Part shown: positions 57,579-64,000 of the stretch, piece by piece
Layout of the letters: every line of letters starts with the position of its first letter
How positions within the stretch are numbered: position 1 is the stretch's first letter
NCBI GenBank assembly: GCA_964491455.1
Contig: CAZBFM010000001.1
Span: forward strand, 564,903 to 628,902
Source of the DNA: an uncultured Candidatus Saccharibacteria bacterium
Lineage (GTDB): Bacteria; Patescibacteriota; Minisyncoccia; 2-02-FULL-40-12; GWA2-44-9
DNA: 64,000 nt
Direction: 5' to 3'
Position numbers and translations under genes: made by a program
The notes under the pieces: model-generated
What the model was told of the DNA's origin: nothing
Databases searched by the model: none
What the model saw: the letters and a program-made list of their open reading frames with translations, nothing else

Positions 57579-58742
57579 ATGAAAGGATTACGCTTACCAT
57601 TACTCTTCATAGCGATTATCGGGTTGGCTCTTGGGCCTACGGTGGTTTCTGCGGCTGATTTTCTTCCTATCGTAAAATGCGGAGCAACAGGGCAGGCGCC
57701 ATGTACGCCGTGCGATATTTTTGGATCGCTCAAGAATATTATCGATTTTATTCTCAAGGGAGTTACAGGTCCGGTCGCTGCGTTTATGATTGTCTATTCT
57801 GGCGGCATGATGCTTCTGGGTGGAGGGAAACCCGAACTCTATAGTGAGGGCAAGAAGATGCTCACGAACACACTTATTGGTGTCACGATCATTCTGCTTG
57901 CGTGGGTAGTGACTAATTTCTTGATTCGCGCACTCATGCCGGGAGTGTCGACGGGCTCGTCTTGGTTTGAGTTTTCGTGTCCTGCGAGCTTATCTGCTAT
58001 CGCACCAATCGACACGACGCTGCCAAGTCCAGTTCCTAGTACAGCGGCTGACGGCTCCACTCCTGCTGCGCCCCCAACCACGAAGCCTTCGTATGCGGGT
58101 ATCTTGTGCCCAATTAGTGACAAGATAAATACATGCAGCACAGACTATGTGTGCCAAGGATGTCCAGAGTATAGAAATGCTGGATATTTTACAAAATATG
58201 GTGCAGACGCGAGAATCCTCGAGGCCATCATGGCAGTGGAGTCCTCCTGCGGAAGCGCGGGGTCGTTGGTGAGTAGTGCGCAAGCTTACGGTATAATGCA
58301 GCTTAAGACAGACACTGCCAATAAGCATGTGCAGCAGTGTCAGATCTATAAGCTGGGGGATGACGGTCAGCCACTACGAAATACAAAAACAGGACAATTT
58401 GTGTATGAGACGATTACTCCTGCGTGGTTGCTAAATAAAAATAACTTCGAAAAAAGTGTTTGCTTGGCAGCGATGGAGGTGCGCGCGGTCAAGGGCATAT
58501 GCAACAATGATATTCGAAATATTGCCGCTGGATATAATTCTGGACCTGGATGGTGCAAGATTAGCAAGGACTGTGCACAAATGCCGAGTTGTGGGGGTGG
58601 TGTGATGCGCGCCTGGGAGTGTCCATGGGATAACGCAACGCACACTGTATGTAACGAAACCCGTGAAGGTGGGGGGCTCATTGAAACGAAGCGGTACGCA
58701 CCGAAGGTCGCGACGCTAGCAACCTGCGCAAATCCAAAATGA
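57579..58742 (+). CDS. fusion of an N-terminal pilin-like two-TM domain (paralog of the 59365-60672 array) with a C-terminal SLT lytic transglycosylase domain
   Basis: N-terminus VYSGGMMLLGGGKPELYSEGKKMLTNTLIGVTIILLAWVV aligns with the four downstream paralogs. C-terminus has EAIMAVESSCGS...YGIMQL (SLT catalytic Glu-Ser and the GxMQ motif). Confidence 0.65.
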   Translation: MKGLRLPLLFIAIIGLALGPTVVSAADFLPIVKCGATGQAPCTPCDIFGSLKNIIDFILKGVTGPVAAFMIVYSGGMMLLGGGKPELYSEGKKMLTNTLIGVTIILLAWVVTNFLIRALMPGVSTGSSWFEFSCPASLSAIAPIDTTLPSPVPSTAADGSTPAAPPTTKPSYAGILCPISDKINTCSTDYVCQGCPEYRNAGYFTKYGADARILEAIMAVESSCGSAGSLVSSAQAYGIMQLKTDTANKHVQQCQIYKLGDDGQPLRNTKTGQFVYETITPAWLLNKNNFEKSVCLAAMEVRAVKGICNNDIRNIAAGYNSGPGWCKISKDCAQMPSCGGGVMRAWECPWDNATHTVCNETREGGGLIETKRYAPKVATLATCANPK

Positions 58743-59350
58743 AATATCTCCTGGTAATCGTTCTAGTGTCTGGATTGTTCATGCCTTTGTTGGCGTATGC
58801 TGAGAGCCTCTCCTACGATGAGGCGTATGGTAATTATTTGTATCAGTTTCACTTGAGCGTCTCGGGCACAACCCTGACGAGCAATGAGATCTACGATATC
58901 TTGACCGGGGATGTGCCAGCGATTCCTCGAGGCGATTGGTCGGTGATGGTCACTAATAGTCGCGGCGAAAAATTGTATTCGCAATTCTTCGACGCAGCGA
59001 AGCTTGCAGCTCAAGGCGGAGACTTTACCATTCCGTATCAAAATAGTGGAACAGAGGCGATTTTTAAAAACAGTACTGGCGTTACCGCTCTCTCTATTGA
59101 TTTAACGGGCAGTAGGGTGTGCGATGATAATGGAGTATGCTACGCAGACGCTGGAGAGAACTCTTATAACTGTCCCGGTGACTGTGGAGCTATAGCAGCG
59201 CAGCCTGCGCTGCAAGTGGCCACCGTTGGTGCTCAGATCCCGCTGTCGAGTAGGATTGGGGAGGTTGTGATGAAGCTGGCATTTGGGGTGGCGGGTATCC
59301 TTATAATCACCGGCGTTGCGCAATCGCTGGACAGGCGCCGAAGGGCATAG
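58739..59350 (+). CDS. secreted protein with C-terminal TM anchor and RRRR tail
   Basis: Signal peptide. C-terminus is LAFGVAGILIITGVAQSLDRRRRA. 4-nt overlap with the upstream gene. Confidence 0.5.
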   Translation: MKYLLVIVLVSGLFMPLLAYAESLSYDEAYGNYLYQFHLSVSGTTLTSNEIYDILTGDVPAIPRGDWSVMVTNSRGEKLYSQFFDAAKLAAQGGDFTIPYQNSGTEAIFKNSTGVTALSIDLTGSRVCDDNGVCYADAGENSYNCPGDCGAIAAQPALQVATVGAQIPLSSRIGEVVMKLAFGVAGILIITGVAQSLDRRRRA

Positions 59351-59364
59351 GATAATGACGAGGC

Positions 59365-59637
59365 ATGGCTTCTTACTCTATCGTTAATCCTCTTGGAGTT
59401 GATAATCTAGAAGATATTTTTAAGCTTCTTAGTGGGCGTTTGTTGGATGTCGTGATTCCTATTGCTGTGCTGCTCTATCTGTATGCGGGCTTTCTGTTGC
59501 TCACTGCAGCTGGGAATACTAAGAAAGTAGATGAGGCTAAGACTACATTCAAGAATACCTCGCTAGGTCTGTTGGTCATTTTAATTGGAGCTGGATTCGT
59601 CGATTTGATACGAAGCATTCTCAATGCGACTACCTAA
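59365..59637 (+). CDS. small two-TM pilin-like protein (TrbC/VirB2-like, paralog 1)
   Basis: 90 aa with two TM helices and a central charged loop (NTKKVDEAKTTFKNTSLG). Confidence 0.55.
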   Translation: MASYSIVNPLGVDNLEDIFKLLSGRLLDVVIPIAVLLYLYAGFLLLTAAGNTKKVDEAKTTFKNTSLGLLVILIGAGFVDLIRSILNATT

Positions 59638-59932
59638 TACACTATTGTCGGGAGTAACACTTACTGCTGCTGGAAGCAGTGGCTTTACCTACGATAAGCT
59701 CATTGCAATCCTCAATAATCTTGGTGATACGTTTCGTGCCTTTGGGCTGACATTGGCTACAGCCGTGGTGGTGTATTATGGATTTCAGATGGCTCTTTCA
59801 CGGGGCGATGCTGCAAAGTTTACCAAAGCAAAAGAGCACCTCATGATCGCAGCTCTGGGTGCAGCTATTGTATTTGGGATCGATACTATTATTGCAACTG
59901 TTCGGTATTTTGCGGACACGCTTACAAGCTAA
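59624..59932 (+). CDS. small two-TM pilin-like protein (paralog 2)
   Basis: VVVYYGFQMALSRGDAAKFTKAKEHLMIAALGAAIVFG. Confidence 0.55.
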   Translation: MRLPNTLLSGVTLTAAGSSGFTYDKLIAILNNLGDTFRAFGLTLATAVVVYYGFQMALSRGDAAKFTKAKEHLMIAALGAAIVFGIDTIIATVRYFADTLTS

Positions 59933-59952
59933 TTTTCTGATATACTTATTTT

Positions 59953-60300
59953 ATGAAACTCAAGCATATACTTTCGATCCAAGTCGCAATAGGAGCGCTC
60001 TTGACCATGACTTCATCGATTGTCCTAGCTGCCGGGGAGGCCCTAACACTTGAAAAGGTGGTTGGGCTCATTACCGACGGCATTACTGTCTTGATTGGGC
60101 TTGCAGTGACGGTGACCATCGGCATTCTCGTATATGGAGGATTTCAGATGGCGTATTCACGTGGAGAAAAAAAAGATTTCGATGCGGGAAAAGAGACTAT
60201 TAAAAATGCATCCATTGGTTTATTGGTCATCTTGGGGGTTGGAATAATAATCGCTACAATAAGCAGTATCGCGCAGAATCCATCGAGTATTGTGCGCTAG
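59953..60300 (+). CDS. small two-TM pilin-like protein (paralog 3)
   Basis: Signal peptide and ILVYGGFQMAYSRGEKKDFDAGKETIKNASIGLLVILGVG. Confidence 0.55.
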   Translation: MKLKHILSIQVAIGALLTMTSSIVLAAGEALTLEKVVGLITDGITVLIGLAVTVTIGILVYGGFQMAYSRGEKKDFDAGKETIKNASIGLLVILGVGIIIATISSIAQNPSSIVR

Positions 60301-60315
60301 AAGGGGGGTGCTACT

Positions 60316-60672
60316 ATGAAAAACATAAAACAATATATTTCTGTATTAGGGACGGCGCTAGCATCAACAGTTACAGCACATGCTGCGCAGTTGGGTTTAC
60401 CCAAGGCACCGGCAACGGGCACTACAACAGCATTGACTGGTCAAGGGGTTGTCAATATAATCACGGATGCTGTTAATTTGCTTGTTGGAGTTAGTACGGT
60501 GATTGCGGTTGGTGTGTTTGTGTACGGAGCAATTTTGTTCACTCTTCTTGAGAAAGCAGATGATGGAAAGAAAAAGATGCAGAATGCTGCATGGGGGTTG
60601 TTTTGGATTTTAGCGATAGGTCTTGGTATCAACACTATTTCTGAGTTGATCAAAAGAGGTCTCGCTATATAG
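60316..60672 (+). CDS. small two-TM pilin-like protein (paralog 4)
   Basis: Signal peptide and VFVYGAILFTLLEKADDGKKKMQNAAWGLFWILAIGLG. Confidence 0.55.
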   Translation: MKNIKQYISVLGTALASTVTAHAAQLGLPKAPATGTTTALTGQGVVNIITDAVNLLVGVSTVIAVGVFVYGAILFTLLEKADDGKKKMQNAAWGLFWILAIGLGINTISELIKRGLAI

Positions 60673-60701
60673 CCGGGTAGTATTCATAGCTATGAATAAC
60701 C

Positions 60702-60726
60702 AAAAACCCGCTCTGCGGGTTTTTGG
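60702..60726 (+). terminator. intrinsic terminator after the pilin-like array
   Basis: AAACCCGC-tct-GCGGGTTT followed by TTT. Confidence 0.7.
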
Positions 60727-60778
60727 TTTGTAGTCGATCGCCCTCTTTCATACATACAGAATATTGAGTGGCCACGTG

Positions 60779-60862
60779 TGCTGGGGAGAGGACTTGAACC
60801 TCCACGGGATTGCTCCCACCAGCTCCTAAGGCTGGCGCGTCTGCCAATTTCGCCACCCCAGC
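60779..60862 (-). tRNA. tRNA-Leu (anticodon TAG)
   Basis: Type-II tRNA, anticodon loop CTTAGGA, A73. Its 3' trailer carries the conserved CTTGGCCACTCAATATT motif. Confidence 0.75.
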
Positions 60863-60901
60863 AGGGGTAGATGTGTCGCGGACGCATCGTAGCACAGAAA
60901 G

Positions 60902-61306
60902 CTACTTGAGCTCAATCTTGAGGCGCTTGGTCTTGGCTTTCTCGAGAGTCGGGAGACGGATCGTGAGGATGCCATTTTTCATACTGGCTTTGGCTGCGTC
61001 AGCGTCGACTTCTTCGGGTAAAATGATAGAGCGAGAGAATGGACCCCAATAGAGCTCCTGATAGTAGTAGCTATTCTGACGGACTTTGGTTTCCGGTTGA
61101 CGAGCGCCTTTGATGGTGACCATGTCATTGAGAATGGTGATGTCGAGGTCTGGTGCGGTCGCTCCGGCAATGGTGGATTGAATAACAATGTCGCCATCAT
61201 CGCGATAGACATCGACGGTAAGGGATCCCTCCGTTTGTTCTTGGGGCTCTTTGCGAGCGGATGCTAGCTGTATGTCGAGCTCCTCGTCGTTGGGTATGTA
61301 GGGCAT
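60902..61306 (-). CDS. Hsp20/alpha-crystallin family small heat-shock protein
   Basis: Alpha-crystallin domain with the C-terminal GILTIRLP and I-x-I-like tail. Confidence 0.85.
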   Translation of the reverse strand: MPYIPNDEELDIQLASARKEPQEQTEGSLTVDVYRDDGDIVIQSTIAGATAPDLDITILNDMVTIKGARQPETKVRQNSYYYQELYWGPFSRSIILPEEVDADAAKASMKNGILTIRLPTLEKAKTKRLKIELK

Positions 61307-61310
61307 GAGA

Positions 61311-62042
61311 TTAGACTATGGTTGGAGTTACGTTCCCGTCTCGTTCTTTCATTTTATCAAACAATGTCGATACCAGAAAGGCCATAGCAATCAACAGGAC
61401 GGTGGAATAGAAAAGACTGGCGGAATGCTGCGCTTGCGAGATGAAGAGATTGAACACCCAGTGGAAGAGGGTGGCGAGTCCGAGGCCGACAATAAAGAGC
61501 GCCTTGCGGTGGTCAAAGTAATACCATGCCATAGCGATGAAGTAGCCTAAGAGCGCCGATGAGAGCGCGTGCAGGAGTGTGGCGCCCGCAAAACGGAGAC
61601 CCCAAATACTCAACGTTGCAGAAAAGCCATCACCGATGACGCGATTGATGACGAGGATATTCTCCATCGCGGCAAAACCCAGTGCGGCGGTTAGCATGTA
61701 GATCATTGCATCAACGGGTTCGTCGAAGTCGGGAGAACGAAGTACGACAAAGAAGACGGCGAGATATTTTACGACCTCCTCAACAAATGCTGCCCAGAGA
61801 TAAAAAACGGGGCCGTTGGTGGCAGTATCTGCGGCAATCCCAAAGAGGCGCGCAGCAAATGACGCAAACATGAGTTGGAGTGCGATGGCGAGGGGAGACA
61901 AGATGATGCCCAATAACAGCACCTTGGTGATGAGGACTTTTGGCTCGGGATGGGAGTCCTTCTGGAGCCAATACCACAACCAAATCAAGCTAGGCAGAAT
62001 TCCCAGGAGAACGAGCAACATATACGGCCCGAGCGAAAACAT
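61311..62042 (-). CDS. prsW: PrsW-family intramembrane protease (putative)
   Basis: EExxK-type motif AAFVEEVVKYL and FAAMEN motif in a polytopic membrane protein. Start trimmed to 62042. Confidence 0.6.
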   Translation of the reverse strand: MFSLGPYMLLVLLGILPSLIWLWYWLQKDSHPEPKVLITKVLLLGIILSPLAIALQLMFASFAARLFGIAADTATNGPVFYLWAAFVEEVVKYLAVFFVVLRSPDFDEPVDAMIYMLTAALGFAAMENILVINRVIGDGFSATLSIWGLRFAGATLLHALSSALLGYFIAMAWYYFDHRKALFIVGLGLATLFHWVFNLFISQAQHSASLFYSTVLLIAMAFLVSTLFDKMKERDGNVTPTIV

Positions 62043-62067
62043 TATCCAAAGTATACCACGAAAGACG

Positions 62068-64000
62068 CTAGATGGTCTTCTGCGGCCACGACTGCACCAT
62101 AAGCATATCGTTGCGTGCCTCACCAAAGAGGCGGCCCCAGATATCTTCGGTGACAAACGGTGCGAATGGGTGAATGAGTTTTAGTGTGTTCGTGAGGCAC
62201 CACACGAGAATGTGCTCGGTTGATGATTTGAGCTGTTCATCAGCGAGTTGTGGCTTTGATGCTTCTAGGTAGATGTCAGCAAGCTCTTTCCAGGTGAATT
62301 GGTAGACCTGATTTGCGGCTTCATGGAGCACATGTCGGTCGAGATTGCTGGTGACATCTGCGATAGTTGTCTCGAGTGCGCTCAAGATGGCGCGATCTGC
62401 GTCAGTGGCTGCGGAGGGTTGTGTCGTTGCGTATGACTTGAGCTGCTCGACGGGAACTGAAAGTAATACGAATCGGGTGATGTTCCAGAGTTTATTGGCA
62501 AAATGCTTGTAGGCGCGAACTTTGTCTTCTGAGATTCGACTATCGGTGCCCGGTGTGTTGCCGACGATGAGTGCCATACGTCCCGCGTCGGCGCCAAAGG
62601 TTCGAGCAATATCGATAGGATCGATGCCATTGCCGAGAGACTTGGACATCTTGCGACCTTGGGCATCGCGCACCGTGCCATGAAGATAGACTGTTTTAAA
62701 CGGTATTTGATTGATGGCATAGCCGCTCATCAAGATCATGCGAGCAACCCAAAAGAAAATAATCTCGTAGCCTGTCTCGAGGACATCGGTGGGGTGATAC
62801 AGCTTGAGATCAGGAGTCTCATCAGGCCATCCGAGTGTAGAAAACGTCCAAAGACCTGAGCTGAACCACGTATCAAGCGTGTCGGAGTCTTGTGTCCATC
62901 CATCGCCCGATGGCTCTTCGCCCACAGCGATCTCTTCGTTGCGATACCACACAGGAATGCGGTGGCCATACCAAATCTGACGAGAGATGCACCAGTCGCT
63001 CAGGTTGTCGATCCAGTGGAAGTATGTCTTTCCCCAATGCTCGGGAATGATGCGTATGCGTTCATCTGCGACGGGTTCGCGCATGAGCTCTTTGAGGGTC
63101 TTGTCGCGAGAGGGTATATTTTTGTTGACATCAATAAACCACTGCAGTTTGGGGAGTGGCTCAACGATGCCACCGGTGCGTTCTGCTGTGGCTACATTTT
63201 GCTGGATTGGCTCTGCATTTTCGAGGAGACCCTCTTGAGTAAGCCATGCGACGACCAGTTCGCGCGCCTCGGTGACCTTCTTGTCTTTGAGTGGCCCATC
63301 AACAATGATGCGTGCAAATTCATTGATGACCTGCACAACGGGTAACTGGTGTCGCTGAGCCATCGCCCAGTCAATCATGCTGTGTGCTGGGGTGACACCA
63401 AGTGCGCCCGTGCCAAAGGTGGGGTCCACTTCTTTGTCGGCAATGATTTTGATGTGAAGTGGGGCGCCACAAAAGACAACATCATATTCCTTTCCGATGT
63501 ATTGTTGGTAGCGCTCATCATCGGGATGTACAGCGACGCCTGTGTCGCCAAGTTTTGTTTCTGGTCGAGTGGTCGCAATAGCAATGGGGAAGTCTTTGGA
63601 ATACTTAAATGTCCAGAGAGTTGCGGGGCGCTGTTCGTGCACAACTTCATCGTCGGAGATCGTCGTTTGCCCTTTTGGATCCCAGTTCACAATGCGATTG
63701 CCGCGATAAATAAGGCCATCGTCGTACATGCGCTTGAACATGGTGCGAACAGCGCGATTTCTTGGTTCATCGAGCGTGAATGCTTCTCGGGACCAGTCGC
63801 ATGACGCGCCCATAACTTTCATCTGCGAGGTGATGGTAGCATGGCTTTCTGCGGCAAACGCCTCAACGCGACGCAGAAGCTCCTCTCGTCCCAAGTCGTG
63901 ACGGGATTTGCCTTCTTGTTTGTAGATATCCTTTTCCACGCGAGATTGAGTTGCGATGGCTGCATGGTCGGTTCCCGGTAACCAGAGTGTGCGACGTCCT
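62068..64000 (-). CDS. valS: valyl-tRNA synthetase, 5' end beyond the window
   Basis: KMSKSLGN motif and anticodon-binding domain. The reading frame stays open to the window edge and encodes ...LPGTDHAAIATQ, the class I region after HIGH. Confidence 0.9.
   Translation of the reverse strand, partial: GRRTLWLPGTDHAAIATQSRVEKDIYKQEGKSRHDLGREELLRRVEAFAAESHATITSQMKVMGASCDWSREAFTLDEPRNRAVRTMFKRMYDDGLIYRGNRIVNWDPKGQTTISDDEVVHEQRPATLWTFKYSKDFPIAIATTRPETKLGDTGVAVHPDDERYQQYIGKEYDVVFCGAPLHIKIIADKEVDPTFGTGALGVTPAHSMIDWAMAQRHQLPVVQVINEFARIIVDGPLKDKKVTEARELVVAWLTQEGLLENAEPIQQNVATAERTGGIVEPLPKLQWFIDVNKNIPSRDKTLKELMREPVADERIRIIPEHWGKTYFHWIDNLSDWCISRQIWYGHRIPVWYRNEEIAVGEEPSGDGWTQDSDTLDTWFSSGLWTFSTLGWPDETPDLKLYHPTDVLETGYEIIFFWVARMILMSGYAINQIPFKTVYLHGTVRDAQGRKMSKSLGNGIDPIDIARTFGADAGRMALIVGNTPGTDSRISEDKVRAYKHFANKLWNITRFVLLSVPVEQLKSYATTQPSAATDADRAILSALETTIADVTSNLDRHVLHEAANQVYQFTWKELADIYLEASKPQLADEQLKSSTEHILVWCLTNTLKLIHPFAPFVTEDIWGRLFGEARNDMLMVQSWPQKTI

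Overview
This 64 kb window is a bacterial chromosomal segment in standard genetic code that contains the replication origin (rpmH-rnpA-yidD-yidC-jag | dnaA-dnaN). It carries many housekeeping genes: cca, uvrD/pcrA, rsmA, PBP1A, tyrS, ruvC-yebC-ruvB, pilB/gspE-type ATPase, nusA, tig, cysteine desulfurase, rplS, RluA-family synthase, ftsH, a beta-CASP MBL RNase, rpsA, gyrA, Hsp20, PrsW and a 5'-truncated valS. There are 16 tRNA genes, mostly without an encoded CCA. The accessory content is more unusual. A co-directional cluster at about 15.6-26.2 kb looks like a minimal type-IV-secretion-like apparatus: a VirB4/TrbE ATPase split by one in-frame TAA, a VirB3-like protein, a VirB6/TrbL-like polytopic protein, and several domain-less secreted or membrane proteins. 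Separately, at 57.6-60.7 kb, there is a tandem array of four small two-TM pilin-like paralogs, preceded by a fifth copy fused to a lytic transglycosylase (SLT) domain. Other points of note are a sortase with an adjacent surface protein, an ECF sigma/anti-sigma operon, a tRNA-Pro gene flanked by partial copies of its own 5' and 3' segments, a repeat cluster and a conserved trailer motif in a tRNA array, and a 166-nt element closed by a 21-bp long-range helix upstream of ruvB. The gene content fits a small-genome, Gram-positive-type or Candidate-Phyla-Radiation-like (Patescibacteria) bacterium. That taxonomic guess is an inference only. All calls are read from the sequence and the ORF translations by eye, and no database search was possible.
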